From positions 13,028,655-13,092,654 of the forward strand of contig NC_134033.1 in the NCBI RefSeq assembly GCF_964204645.1: 64,000 bases of DNA, in the 5' to 3' direction. The position numbers were made by a program, and so were the translations under genes. The stretch comes from Tubulanus polymorphus. Lineage: Eukaryota > Animalia > Nemertea. Of the stretch, positions 38,803 to 53,280 are shown one piece after another. Under the pieces are notes generated by a model, which was not told the DNA's origin, did not search any database, and worked only from the letters and a program-made list of their open reading frames with translations. Every line of letters begins with the position of its first letter. Position 1 is the stretch's first letter.

Positions 38803-39228
38803 GTTAAAGTTTTACTACGGTTAAATAAGTTTTTCTACAGTTAAACAAGTTTTACCACAGTTAAACAAGTTTTACCACGGTTAAACAAGTTTTACTACGG
38901 TTAAACAAGTTTTACTACGGTTAAACAAGTTTTACTACGGTTAAACAAGTTTTACTACGGTTAAACAAGTTTTACTACGGTTAAACAAGTTTTACTACGG
39001 TTAAACAAGTTTTACTACGGTTAAACAAGTTTTACTACGGTTAAACAAGTTTTACTACGGTTAAACAAGTTTTACTACGGTTAAACAAGTTTTACTACGG
39101 TTAAACAAGTTTTACTACGGTTAATTAAGTTTTACTACGGTTAAACAAGTTTTACTAGGGTTAAACAAGTTTTTCTACGGTTAAATAAGTTTTACTACAG
39201 TTAAATAAGTTTTACCACGGTTAAACAG
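38803..39228. repeat. Minisatellite, 20-bp unit, about 21 copies
   Basis: ggttaaacaagttttactac, with a homogeneous centre and diverged edges. Confidence 0.97.
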
Positions 39229-40287
39229 CTGCTTCAATAAACTGTGTATATTGACATAGCTCGCCAATTAACACAGCCAGTTGAAAATTTTAAAAAATCA
39301 CGGAAAACCCACGGAAATCTTATCGCAATTCTACTACCGCACGTTCCACGGATCTGACCTGCTGCGGTCGGCGCTGCCTATCGGATTAAATCCGTGCCAC
39401 GGCTGTTCATACGAAAAACGTCGAAATCGCAGCCATCATCGTCGTCGTCGTACGCCGCAAATTTCGTGGAAACCGAAAATCGACTTGTCACTCGACGGAA
39501 AACAAATAGAATTGACGTGATAAGTACGGCGTCGATGGCGAATAGTTTCAACGATCAGTTTCTGATTCATTCTCGATTAGCCGGATCGATGATGTACGGC
39601 GTTGATTTACTCGTTATAAGCTAATCGATTTTTTCGATTCGGGGCTATTAATTTTCCTACACAGACAGATTTGGAGACCAAAAATGGACGACACACGACG
39701 CACTGGGTTTTTGAAAAAATCTCCAGCACTGGGTATTGATTGAACAGCACTGAAAGGGTTTAGTTTCGGCTTTGTTTAAAGTTGTCATATATATCATTCA
39801 TATATATACTACTACTGTGCACTCCGCATTCACCCTTTGAATAGCAGAAGAATATAGAACAAAGATTTGCAAAATCATGATCAATCATAATGCATTCGTA
39901 AACAGAGTATGTATAAATAAATGATATACATTTAGAATTAAGGGAGGTGTTTACTGGGTTTTGGGTTTCGGCAAGGATGCCAGTCTGCTAACGGTTTCAG
40001 GTGACCGGACGACTGATGTTTGGAAGGGTATTCCACCGGATAGTTGGTCTCTGGGAAGAGTGAGTAATCTGTCACGTAATGCCTGTTAATTCGTAAAACG
40101 AAGGGGACATGTGATTATTTCTCAGATCGAGTTCGTAGATGGTTAAAATGTGTAACTGGATACGCAGTGTTTTCGTGATCTCATGTTTCTCAGAATGCGT
40201 CCAGATTGACCGATTGCGAAACGGGCATTTATCCGTACGACGCATGAGTTCCACGAATTCCAACTTATAGTTCTTCTTCGTTAGCAC

Positions 40288-40620
40288 TGGAGAGAGGGAG
40301 AGGGGGCAGGGAGATGGAGGAGATGGAGGATTGAGGGAAAGATAGGAGAGAGAGAGGTTGAGGGAGGAGATGAAGAAGGGAGTGACAGAGGAGAGAGGGA
40401 GAGGGGGTAGGGAGATGGAGGATTGAGGGAAAGATAGGAGAGAGTGAGTTTGAGGGAGGAGATGAAGATGGGAGTGACAGAGGAGAGAGGGAGAGGGGGT
40501 AGGGAGATGGAGGATTGAGAGAAAGATAGGAGAGAGTGAGGTTGAGGGAGGAGATGGAGAAGGGAGTGAGAGACGAGATAGAGAGAGAGGGAGATGGTAG
40601 GGAGAGAGCAGGAGATAAAG
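40288..40620. repeat. Polypurine tandem repeat, unit about 92 bp, about 3 copies
   Basis: ggagagagggagagggggtagggagatggaggattgagggaaagatagg... repeated. Confidence 0.85.
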
Positions 40621-42708
40621 AGTAGATTGGACTTTGACGTGGCGACAATCATTCATTACCGGTGATTCATAATGTGATTATCTGGCGAAGACATTCGTCA
40701 GAGGCTAATAATGTTTATACGGAATAAATTCGCCCGGAGGAGTTTTTTCCGAGAAATCGATTAATAGTCAACAGGTATCAGCAGACAACAGCGATAGATC
40801 TTTAAACATCGTTTCCATTTATAACATTTGTTTTAACTCGAGGGAGAAAGGACAGAAACTGCATCAAGTATTCTGCGCTGCAGTACTCATGTCGGGGGAG
40901 AGAATATGGTAACTGAAAGGTCAATGAATAAAATATTTCGAGACCAATTTAATTTTTTGGGGGAGGGGTCTATCCCTACCAAAGACTAAAACTCCTCCCA
41001 AGTTTGTTAGAGTTTACCAGTGGATAGTTCATTAAGTTTATATGGTATCTCTATCTTTAAACAAACTTTTCAGCAACTGCAGTCCCAGTCCCATTAGTGC
41101 TTTTAGAATGTATATCATCTCTTTTATCATTGTTGATGTTAATTAAGCAAATCGTTATTCTTAATTCTTCCTCGATACAGACGCACGCTCTCCAAAGAAT
41201 ACGTGCGTATGCGAGGCTGCTAGTTGCCTGCCTCCTAAGAATCAGACTCGAGAAATCGCTTGGAAGCCTTCTTGTATTGAGGTCTCTTTTTAACGGCAAA
41301 ACGAACAAAAAATCGGTTGAAGAATCTGCACCGATGGTCGAACGCAGTGAATTATCGTGTAACGCACCTGAATGCAGCTAATGATTCTATTACCCCGTTT
41401 AAACATTAATTGAACCAGTTCATCGGAATGAAAATCGCGCGATTAAGAAGCCACTTGTTGATGTTCATTTGTGTGGCTGGTATTAAACCAGTTCGGGCCA
41501 CCGCGTTCATTAGCCACGTTAGTATAATTATTCTCGACGCGCCACGAGTTTCCAGACCCGATGATAGTTTCGGGAAAAAGTTGCGCCGGCTTTTCACGAT
41601 ATTCATTGAATACTTCGTAATAAGTCTTTACGTGCATTTTCGATGTCGATCTCGGATATTGGTGATGGTTTGAAAGCCGCGCAGAATATGTTCATGTCCT
41701 CAGTCTGCGCAATAAGTAGTGAATGCGGATTTCAAGCTATACACTCATGAGAAAGGGAGCGCATTTCGCGAAGACCCGGATAGTCCATCCAGTATCATGC
41801 CTTCCATAACTCGGAAGGTAATCTAGTTATGTGAAGAGATGCGGATTGGTCTTGTATCCGGATTGAATGAATGTGGATTGATTGAAAACGTATTCAAACC
41901 ACGTCTCTAGTTGTATAGACATGACTTCAACTCACCAGGTCTCACAGACATAGTCTTTGGGAATATCCTAACACTATTTCTATTCCATATATCTTGCATA
42001 TTACGTCCATTTCTCTCCTTTTACTAAGTCTCTCTTCCTTGAATGCCTAAATCTTACTCGGGAAGTCTTGAATCGGAGTCCAGAAGTTTTGAATCACGAA
42101 GTCATTTGGTCATGCAGTCTCGAATATCTCTCTAGAAGTCTTGACTCTCAAAGCGTTGACTCTGACTCAATCCTCTGATTCTAGTAGTCTCATAGGGTTT
42201 AAGATATTCCTTGGTTTATACAGTTGAATCTCATTGATACGATTCTGCTTAAGACAAAACCCGATTATTACGATGATTTCCAGTATGTCCTAGTTAACAT
42301 ATCAACCAAAATTTGGATAGGCGAAATACAAAACCCGTTTAATACCACAATTTCACTTTTGCCCAGAATATTTGTGTTGATGAGGTTCCACTGTATATAT
42401 TTCGAAAGTCTGTATTTGTGAACCAGTTCTCGGGGCTGTCATTACAGAGTTCTTCGAACGTGCCTCTCGAAGTCTCGCTGAGTGGTTTAAGATATCGCGT
42501 CACTTATATATTCGTAGTCTATGCATATCTGCGCCGGTTCCGGTTGGTATTGTGCGTGTAGTTGAGCTCGATGCTCGGGTTTTCACATGAGTCTCGCTCG
42601 TTCGTTCGTCGGGGAACAAGTGGACTTCAAACGACGACGTTCTGTAATGTTATTGAATTTCAGGTCTGTGCGATAGATCTCCGGGTAGTGCATATGTATC
42701 CGGTTCAT

Positions 42709-42710
<2 letters not shown>

Positions 42711-42788
<78 letters not shown>
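42711..42788. repeat. (GCT)26 trinucleotide microsatellite
   Basis: Uninterrupted run. Confidence 0.98.
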
Positions 42789-42790
<2 letters not shown>

Positions 42791-42934
42791 CTATCAATGT
42801 TCTTTTAGAATTTTATCTGCTATATCAGTCATTTGACATTTTCAGCTCTCAAGTTATACGGCACGATAGATGCTCTAGACACTGTTCACTTGTTCACTTG
42901 TTTACTTGAATCTCCGGATTTCATTTGACTCTGA

Positions 42935-43550
42935 ACTCAGTTCCATCGTTGTGCAGGTTTAATTAGACTCTGGATCCAGTTCCACAGTAATGAAAGGGTT
43001 TAATTTGACGGAATCCAGTTGCACAGTTGTGTGGGTTTAATTTGATTATGGATCCAGTTCCACAGTTGTGCAGGTTTAATTAGACTCTGGATCCAGTTCC
43101 AAAGTTGAGAGGGTTTAATTTGACGGAATCCAGTTGCGCAGTTGTGTGGGTTTAATTAGACTCTGGATCCAGTTCCACAGTTGTGCAGGTTTAATTAGAC
43201 TCTGGATCCAGTTCCACAGTTGAGAGGGTTTAATTTGACGGAATCCAGTTGCGCAGTTGTGTGGGTTTAATTAGACGGAATCCAGTTGCGCAGTTGTGTG
43301 GGTTTAATTAGACTCTGGATCCAGTTCCACAGTTGTGCAGGTTTAATTAGACTCTGGATCCAGTTCCACAGTTGAGAGGGTTTAATTTAACGGAATCCAG
43401 TTGCGCAGTTGTGTGGGTTTAATTTGATTCTGGATCCAGTTCCACAGTTGTGCAGGTTTAATTTGACTCTGGATCCAGTTTCAGTTACGTGGGTTTAGTT
43501 TTTCTCTGGACCCAGTTCCACGCTTATTTGTGTTTAATCTGACTCTGTAT
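42935..43550. repeat. Satellite with 37-39-bp monomers; dispersed family members at about 13840-13980, 22330-22400, 44690-44960, 46880-46930, 52420-52545 and 53975-54040
   Basis: ctggatccagttccacagttgtgcaggtttaattagact and variants. Confidence 0.93.
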
Positions 43551-44033
43551 CCGGTGCTTCCATTTTGTTGTCTAGAACCAGTCCTCTTCACAAAGTTCAT
43601 TCATCCTTTCTCCGTATAAAAAAAAAACATGCGCGACATTTCCTCGAAAGCAGACGGTTGTCATCAGCAATCCGATACATCCTAATTTATGAACAATTTT
43701 ATCATCGTTATTCAATGGAAGGGTAATTTTCACTGCCGTGCGAGATGAAAACCAATTTCGGCGATCGCTTGAATCTTTTAAGACAAATTATAGCGCTTTT
43801 ATACTTCAGCGTGAGAACAAATTGTCGCTGTTCAGTTGTTCAGTTTTTCTTACTGTAGAATTTGTTGTTTTTCTAGGCTTAATAAACTCATTTTAGGCTT
43901 TTACATCGTAATTGTCGATTAAATCTAATTGATAAGAGAATGGTCGCGCCACATCAAGTACGACTCATTGCGGCTTCTTAAGTTGAGGTCGCGTATATTG
44001 ACTGGTTGCAGAGAAGTATGTCCCAATGCATCT

Positions 44034-44110
44034 TCACCCGTCAAGGGATTCGAACCCACTATGCTAAAGCTGTTCGCCGAACCCCTTGACCTCACGAGTC
44101 GTTGGAGTCG
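44034..44110 (-). mobile_element. Degenerate tRNA-derived SINE fragment
   Basis: Minus-strand B box GGGTTCGAATCCC preceded by a GGTCAAGG A-box-like segment. Confidence 0.35.
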
Positions 44111-45473
44111 TTACTAGCCGACCAGAATCCGGTGGTACCAATCACAGCGCTTGTAACAAACGACTGTAGGCTTCTATTGGTTTTCCCGTTAAATGGACCA
44201 ATCAGCGAACGTTTTACTGAACGAGGAAGTATTTCGCAAATCGATATATGACGTCACGCGCAACAGCGCCAGTAATGAAATCACGCTTCGTGAGGCCAGG
44301 GGGCTGGTGGAAGCGAGTTCCGGAGTGATACCGGACCCCTGGCAAGCGAGGATGGTCCCAATGCACAATGTACCCCTCTTAAAACATTTGCATAAATCTG
44401 GGCCCAGAAATAATTGCTGATTGTTGTTGATCGCGATTGTCTCCGCGGCGATGACACAAATGATAAGAATGCAGACTACGACCTCCCTCCTCCTGAAAGG
44501 CAATATCTGCAACCGCATTTTATTTATGGATGTCATAAAATTATCCCCTCTAATGACTGAGCATTAATCTGATGAATCGCTGTGACTGTAGATTATCGCG
44601 AGCCCCGGCAATGATTCACATGTCGCATTAAAACAATTGTCATCTTAAAATGATAAATGTTTCAAAATTCACTTTCCAAGACTGGATTGCGTGGGTTTGA
44701 TTTAACTCAGGATCCAGTTCCACAGTTGTGGGGTTTAAGTTAGACTCTAGACCCAGTTCCTGGATTGTGCGGGTTAAATTTGACTCAGGATCTAGTTTCA
44801 CAGTTATGTGGGTTTAATTTTGCTTCGGGTCCTGTTTCACAGTTGCATGGGTATGATTTGGACTTAGTTCCACAATTTGACTCTGGATGCAGTACCACAG
44901 TTGTTTGGGTTTAATTTGACTTTTGATCCAGTTATGCATTTATAAATATTTATTTGACTCAGGATCCTGTCCTGTGTAGTGTTACGATATAACTCCGAAT
45001 TCCATACTTAAACTCTTAAGGTTTCTAAAGCTTTGCGGGGATTGGTCTTTTTTCTTCATGGGTTCGCTATGTCTATACTTCCACGTGTCAATTCATGAAA
45101 ACAGAGTGGAAAAACTAAAATCCGATGCTGCCTGAAAGGTTAAACTGACGAAGACCTTTATGCACCAAATCCTACTGATACTACTGATGTTATTGCTATT
45201 ACATGTTCTGCGCACAACGTGCAATGGGAGACAGATTTTTACATGAAAAGTAATTTTGTCACCAGCAGCTCAGTCAGTGCCGTAGATATAATAAGACTAG
45301 TTGCACTAACAGTAATTATATCATGTCAGCTCAGGATCATTGGGTTCAATGTGAATATGAGCTGGTTCACATCAACAACCTGTTTACACTATTCCATGCA
45401 TATACCTTGATGTTACCCTGGAGGAGCACATTTGAACTTTGCTTTTTCGCACGGAATTATCGCGCTATATAAA

Positions 45474-45475
<2 letters not shown>

Positions 45476-45517
<42 letters not shown>
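45476..45517. repeat. (ATT)n microsatellite
   Basis: Directly visible. Confidence 0.95.
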
Positions 45518-46340
45518 ACACAGGCTATTCCTGCTACGATGTGCAGGTTTTCCTTCTGAACCTTTCCAAACACCAGCCTCACAACCAAATTCCAAATTAA
45601 TTGGTAATACTCGGGCCTAAACCCGTTTTGAAAGTGGATACGGACTTCCAAATTCAAAGCCAAACACCCAAATACCAACAGCAACACAAACACCAATACC
45701 AATACCAATACCAAAGCAAGTGACCCAGTTCCAAAGTTATGTATAATTTGGATCTGAATTCAGTACTATGCTAAGGACCCTGAGGTCCACAGTGTAGCTT
45801 GGCATAGGTCGAGCTTGCAACTGCCAGCAATGAAAACAACAATGGCATTGCACTCAACCTACTTGCCATTCTACCTATTTATGACCATTCGCAACAAATC
45901 GTGCCGTGTCGCAAGTCGACCTACACCCGCCTTGAAAGTACTGTTTTTAAAGTGCGGTTGCTGTTTTGAGTTGGTAATTCTTAATCTTGAAAAAATCTCT
46001 TATCTCTAATGAAAATGATCAGAACTCAACCGGAGCAGCGTGTTGACCATCCGAATGACTGTAATTAAATTGAAACCCTTTCATCATTACAAACATACAT
46101 ACTTAAATGAATCCGTATGATTCTATAATAGAGATTCGTGTAATGCAGGTATACATACTGTATACAAACGTGTATAAGTCTAAAGCGGCGTCGAATATTG
46201 GCGGCGAAGTGCGAACATTCGTTTATAAAGAGAAATTAGTTTACGAACGATGATGGTGCGTCGTAGTTCAATTCTCGAGTCATGAACGATTCGAATTTGA
46301 TTATACGTTTCGGTGAGCGTTCGTCGTTGACAGTCGTACC

Positions 46341-46436
46341 GGGGTGTACTCCGCGAGGAGTGTACTCCGCGAGGGGTGTACTCCGCGAGGGGTGTACTCC
46401 GCGAGGGGTGTACTCCGCGAGGGGTGTACTCCGCGA
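46341..46436. repeat. Minisatellite, 16-bp unit, 6 copies
   Basis: ggggtgtactccgcga. Confidence 0.95.
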
Positions 46437-47560
46437 GGATTACGATCGTTTAAATAGATGGAAATTACAGTTTAAAGACGTCGTTGTTTTCGCCGAGTTG
46501 ACGTTTTAAACGACCGGTTTAACGCGTTCACTTCGTTAATTACTGTTTGTTTTCTGTCACTGATAGATCGATAGCTAACTCGTTGTTGCGCTTCACTACG
46601 TCTTCATACTTTCAATGTCATTTTTTTCCAGCTAGTTCCTTTCAACGCTTGTTAAAAAAATTGGCAATATTGTCCCCAGTTGCCCTGAAGGGGGGCATTA
46701 GTTAACATCTGTCCAGCTGTCTGTCTGCCGTCATGTAGGGAAAACCCTATTGATTTTGGAGGTTCTACCTTTCAAGATAGCTGCCTGGCAGCCATCTTTG
46801 TTCTTTGAAATGAGTTTAATTTCTCTAAACATTTCTACAGTTGCATATGCTTTATTTGACAGTTTCGTGTATTTAATCAGACTCTGGACCCAGTTTCGCG
46901 GTTTTGTGGGTTTAATTTGACTCTGAATCAAGTTCTATATTTACAAGTTCAATTTGTTGCTAATATCATGTTTAGTAGTGTGCGTATATAGTCATTATAT
47001 TTGATGATAGCCAGTAGTCTCGGCTGTGGCGTATCGTCATGGTTAATTTCCACCTAACGATATTTATATCCGTTGCACAAATGCCCGTAAGACTAATACC
47101 TACCTATACGCGAGAGAGAGAGAGGGAGAGAGAGTCGAGAAGAGCAGAGAGGAAACCGTCGTCGTATCGCGCGTAAATATGACAAATGATGCGATATGCG
47201 AAGATTATGACAAATGATGGCCGGATAGAAGGCAGCATTGTTTGTCGTCGTCGGTTTTTTTTACCGATACGGCGGCTGTTAATCATTGTTAACTGCGCGT
47301 TTCCGCGGTACCGGCAGCCGATGTAACACTCGCGGCGTCCGATACAGCTCTCGTGATTGTTGTCGATTTCGTGAGGTCGTGTTCAAGGACTGATGATTTG
47401 ATAGGATTGAAAAAAAATCAAGGTCTTTGTTAACCCTTCCCTAATATATAAAATATCATCATAACCGAAACATCAGGAGTGACCATATTTTATCTCCGAG
47501 TTAAACTCACTGGATCTTTACAGACAGTCAGGTGCTCCCCTAGGTCGTATGTGTCTAGGC

Positions 47561-48029
47561 TCGGTCGAAGGTTTCAATTTCAGTGAAGTAAGAATTGATG
47601 ATTCAATGAAAAAAGTGGCTACAAGAAATACCCGAGTACAGCGCCCCAGTCACATTGAAAAAAAAACAAACCAGCTCAGGAAAGGGATAATACCTTCTTG
47701 ATAATTACAGATAATACAGATTCGGTCGAAGGTTTCAATTTCAGGGAAGTAAGAATTGATAATTCAATGAAAAAAGTGGCTACAAGAAATACCCGAGTAC
47801 AGCGCCCCAGTCACATTGAAAAAAACAAACCAGCTCAGGAAAGGGATAATACCTTCTTGATAATTACAGATAATACAGATTCGGTCGAAGGTTTCAATTT
47901 CAGGGAAGTAAGAATTGATAATTCAATGAAAAAAGTGGCTACAAGAAATACCCGAGTACAGCGCCCCAGTCACATTGAAAAAAACAAACCAGCTCAGGAA
48001 AGGGATAATACCTTCTTGATAATTACAGA
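47561..48029. repeat. Near-identical tandem triplication, 159-161-bp unit
   Basis: tcggtcgaaggtttcaatttc starts at 47561, 47722 and 47881. Confidence 0.95.
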
Positions 48030-51000
48030 TTTTATCATGCAGCCTAATTGATCGGATACGTTCTCATTTTCGCGGTTCAAGGATGAAAAATGGTTTCCTG
48101 CCACCGGAAAAACATGGCTGGCTTTACTTTCTTCTTCTGTCTTTGATATGTCGGCTCTTTTGGATGCGAACACGAGAAAAGTACTCCTTTTGAAAAATGA
48201 ACAACACAAATTTCTGTTGAGCTCATTACGGTAAATTTTTAACGGTAGATTTATTTATCCGCTTTGAGAACATGAACGTAGTTCGAATAGGTCTCGTGGA
48301 AAGGAGCTTCTATCTTCTCAGTTTGCAAGGTCAAGGTCACTATTTGCAACGCCGTGATTGGCTGAATCGATCGAAGTTCCAACAACAATTTCGATATTGG
48401 GTAGACTAAAGGCGTGGTCCCCGAAATTCATTGATTGATTGCCAATGACTTGTTTGTCTTGTTAGTACGAGGCGATTTCATATATCTCTCGTTGCAGAAA
48501 TCCAATATTTCCAGAAATAACATTTTAGAATTGTTCAATATTTTCGGTTTGCCTTACGTACGATTTCATCGTAATCTAGTTTTTAGTTGAATTCAACTCT
48601 AATTGAAAATGAACTAGTTTCACTTCAACAACCATTTAGAACTCGGTCCATATTGGCTAATTAGGTGCATTACTATGATATACAATGAAGAAACAGGCCA
48701 TTTGATTCTGAGTATGGCTGAATAAAATTCGAATGAATTCAATCATCTTTATTCGAATTTTTACGATGTTCGGATCAGCCGTTCTCTGAGTATTCTCGGA
48801 ATGACTCGGCATATACGTATTTTCTATGAATTGATTAGATGCGCCCGTGCCTGCGTCGCGCGCTACAATTTTATAATCGTTTAATTCGCTCCGAAAGTAG
48901 ACGCGAACAAATTTCGCGTCGTCGATATAAAGTCGATATAAAGTTTTACGACGTCTTTATCCACTGCCTCAAGGTTAAAGGAAGGGTATGGTCTTGTGAA
49001 TGATTTCGCAAACGTGTTGCTTTGTAGCTCCACATTGTCTGAAGTCTTTTCGTTTCATATTTGTTTTTGTGTATATAACGTAGAAAGATGAAACGAGAAT
49101 ATAATAAATGAAAGAGAAATATTCTCCTCCTGTACGTTACTGCTTTTGCGCATTGCGTATTCAATCAAAAAAATGCCTCGCCAGCATCAATTCATTATCT
49201 AAATAGATTATAGTATACAAGTTTATTGGCTCATTCTAGTGCTTGTCGCTTAATTGCGCTCATGTTCAATAGGGGATAGTGGCAGATTAGATAGATGGAG
49301 AGGGAGATATGAGGCACGAGCGAGGTAGTAAGGTAGTTGTAGGGAATAATTAAAGGAGAGCGATAAATGGCAGGGTGAAAGCGAGAGGAGTGAAGGGAAG
49401 TTGATTGGGAGGAATTGGGATGGGAGAGATTAAGAGAAGGACGAGTGGGAATAAGCAGTGGGAGAGGGCGAGGGAGGAATGATAGATAAGTTAGAAAATA
49501 AAAGGGAGATGATTAGGAGAAGTAGAGGGATGAGATGATATGATTTATTTTCTCAGCAAAAATTTTTTATGATTAACTAAATATATAACAGTTGATAGTT
49601 GCTTTACAATATTGAAAGAAAGGAAGAAGTTGAGATAGGTATGAGGGAGATAGCGAGAAAGAAGGAGAGGGTGAGAGGTAGATGGAGGGGAAATAGAGGA
49701 AGACGTAGATGAGGGAAAGAGGGAGATAGAGATAAGGTAAATAGTGAGAGAAAGGTTGAGAAAGAAGGGTAAGAGGATGGAGGGGAAATAGAGGAACTTG
49801 GCAAGGCGCAAGTTACTCACTTATATCAAACTGAACCGAACTGAACTTGAGAGTGGGAAAGGTAGAAGGGAGAGTGGTAAAGTTAGGGCTGATAGAGATG
49901 TAGTAGAGAGAGAGAGAGGAGATTGAGAAAGTTGCGCAGTTAGAGTTAGAGTTGTAGCAGGAAAGGTAGAAAAAGGATACAATGTTGACATTAAAGCAGT
50001 TTATTGCATCATTGTAGTTTTATTACTCTTTGGAGACATTCGCCGCTTGTGTTTATCGAGGCGGAAAGAGAGAAATAGAGAGAGAGAGAGAGAGTGAGCG
50101 GGGGAAAGAGCGGCGAGAGTAATTAATAGCGATTGATTTTTTAATACGGCACCGGTTGCTTTTTTTTTCTACCGGTATCGATCAGCGGCGATGTTATTTA
50201 CGGAGCTGCTGCGTGTATTGTCGGCATTAACATTTGAATATTTTTGCCGTCTGCAGCAAGAGAGTGAAAGAGAGAGAGAGAGAGAGGGAATTATCGAAAC
50301 CGGAGTTTAATTCTAGACGTGACGTGTTCACACTTTGTTTACGCTATCTAATAATGATTATAGATCTCTTGTTATTTTCCGTACTGGTACTGGATATAGC
50401 GCGCGCGTGCATCGTGCGCTCATGGAGTGTTGATTGTATTGATGTGCGCATTGATTTGTGACGATGTTTAATTGCACTCATCGTCGTGAAGAATTTTGCG
50501 AAATGACCCGTAAAGATGATGGTAACCATTTTAATGAAGTCAATTTTTGGTTCTCGTGCTTCTGTGAGACCCTTATTCTCGTACTGTCCGTCTGTCAGCT
50601 TCGTTAATAGTTGATGAAACCTGGGTACAATGTTAATATGGGGTCTAGTTGTGTATTGCAAAGAATGTACACAGTGCGCCGCCTAACAGCCGAACTAGGC
50701 ACTAAAAACTTGTTTTTCAACGATACGACCTTGAAGGCGACCTCATAATTGAGGAACGTGGTCCAAATTCAAAAAGTTGTCTCGACGAAATTTATCCCTA
50801 GATACAACATATCCAATATGCAATGGGAACTAACGCATGGTTATTTCAGAGATCTGGTTTCAGCCTGAGCTTTGCGATACATTGACATCGTCGCCTATGG
50901 CTTTGAGGTATAACTTATTCCTCTTTATGCGGTTGATTGATTTGATTCCTATGTAGCGATGTGGTGTGTCTCCTAAGCTAAGCGTACTCCGGCCTAGCAA

Positions 51001-52969
51001 CTAATCAGATCACGTGCGCGTTAGGCCAGTCTCACACATCGAAAATGAAGTTCTGGCAACTCGCTAGTCTCAAGATCTCGTCGTAAGCGCGAGTTAATAG
51101 CTAGTCTCGAGATCGTAGGACATCCGTACAATAATTAGCATGTGTTATCGAGCATCACGTGACATTAAAAAAGGGTACTTTTTCAGTTTCGCGCAGAGAT
51201 TAGGGATTGTAAGCCATTTGAAATACTCTAGATATGATTTTCGCGTTCATGACATTTGGGTTAATGTGGAAAATGACTTTTAGACGAACCAGGCCATGAT
51301 TCTATAATTGTCGTTTGTACCTTTGTACCTCATTATTGTACCTCTTCTCTGAATCAATGAAAAGCTTATTCGCGCATTGCTGCGTACTGTTGTTTTCTGA
51401 TGATAATAGCTTCTGTTCGGCCTTACTTTTTTAATCTCTGATCGAGAAATGATAAAATCACGTGTCGCAAACGAAACAATTGTTACGAACTAGAACGAAG
51501 AAATAAAAAAGCAAATCGATGTACTACCTGAATTTTTCAGCTCGCGCCCGTAAAATCCTTAAAGCGAAAAAAAAGATATCTATCTATACGGAACTATATC
51601 GTTTCATTGTCGATATTAAATCCAGATTTCGAGTTGCGCGATAAATGGATCCGAGGTTTTGAATATTTTCACTCCGTCTCCGAGCAGTTTTGCGACCTGT
51701 TTCCCTGGCACTGCTGCGCGCTAGTAAAGCTCCCGCCAGTCAGTGATGTAGTTTTGTTTTTTTGAACGCGCTCCGTAATATCTAGTGAAAAATGACAATA
51801 TTATGATTTTCAGCTGTATCCGTTGTCATTGAATACTGAGATGTACCGGGTTTATCCTCCTCCTCTCTGAGAGACTGCGGGTGGTGGTTACAGCGATGCA
51901 GCCACTAGCTCTCTGATGCTGTTGTGTTTTCTATTCAACCCGTCGCCGCTGCTGGCACCGATCTCTCTCTCTCTCTCTCTAGTTGTCGCTAGCGGAATTC
52001 GAAACAGATAATAACATATCAAAGCTGCCAACAGTTTCTGATTTTCAGTATTTGTCACTGTTTTATAATGATTTGATTTGTTTGATCTATACAGAAATAC
52101 TGAGGGTCCTACTGTTCATTACTGATCGATTTAAGCAATTTCTTTCATGTTTCATTGAAATGTAATTGGAAAAAAAAATCAATATGTTTCTGAGGTTGGC
52201 AACCAAAAAGCAACAGTTTTTAATTTGTTTAATACCGGTTGTAACTAAACTATTTTGATGATCTGGTTGAAGTACAGGTTATAGTAAAATATTTATCAGT
52301 CAGATCGTGCTAGGGCTAAAACAAATCTATGTAACTCATAGATCCAGTAGGTCATCATGTCATAGCTCTCGGTCCAGAATTAATTTAGACGTACTAGTAT
52401 GGGACTTGGTCCTGTAAAACCGGAACCGGAGTCAGATTCAACCCACACAACTGTGAAACTGGATCCAGAATCGAATTAAACCCACAACTTCGGAACTGGA
52501 TAACCTCGGGAATCAAGTTGAACCCACAACTTTGGAACTGCATCCGGCATCGAGTAACAATATTCGGTGTTCTTTTTCAATTTTGTTTTCGAACCAATTT
52601 TTTTCCAATCTTCTCAATTTTCGAAATGAAGTCTCGAATATCATTGCGATCATTAAAACTATCGTCATCGCGCCTACGCGTTAACCGTTGAAGCGACGAG
52701 CGACGATTCATTTTAAAACACGTCGAAATCACTGTACACCGCATCATTCAGCGAACGCCGGAAAAACAGCTCTTCCATTTACGTCGAATATTCAATGTTC
52801 GGTGAAGGGCACTAGAAAATACGATACGGTTATATTGTTTCAGACGACGAGCATGCGCGCGCACACGAGCGGCGCTCTCGGCGCTCTCGCTCGTTTCAAT
52901 CAACAATTGATTAGACATAAACAAACCTGAATTATTCATTGTACTATATATGTTACAGGTATACTTTCA

Positions 52970-53008
52970 GTACTTAGGGTTTTACTCAATTTCTAACTCT
53001 TGTTCTGG

Positions 53009-53071
<63 letters not shown>

Positions 53072-53165
53072 GATACATGTCGAAACATGTATCGGGTCAA
53101 TAATCTAGGGGAAATCATATATACATGTACTTAGGGTTTTATTCCATTTCTAACTCTTGTTCTGG

Positions 53166-53224
<59 letters not shown>

Positions 53225-53280
53225 GATACATGTCGAAACATGTATCGGGTCAATAATCTAGGGGAAATCATACATACATA
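52970..53280. repeat. Tandem duplication (about 155 bp), each copy with (TA)n and a hairpin
   Basis: gtacttagggtttta...ctggtat(TA)n cccgatacatgt-cgaa-acatgtatcggg tcaataatctag, present twice. Confidence 0.9.

Noticed and set aside
38803-39228. CRISPR-like appearance of the regular repeats here and at 22849, 31138 and 58441
   Set aside because: They are head-to-tail units with no unique spacers, there are no cas genes, and the context is eukaryotic.
47698-48051. 117-aa ORF with a 53-aa repeat
   Set aside because: It is a by-product of a 159-bp duplication; the first copy is out of frame and there is no splice or motif support.
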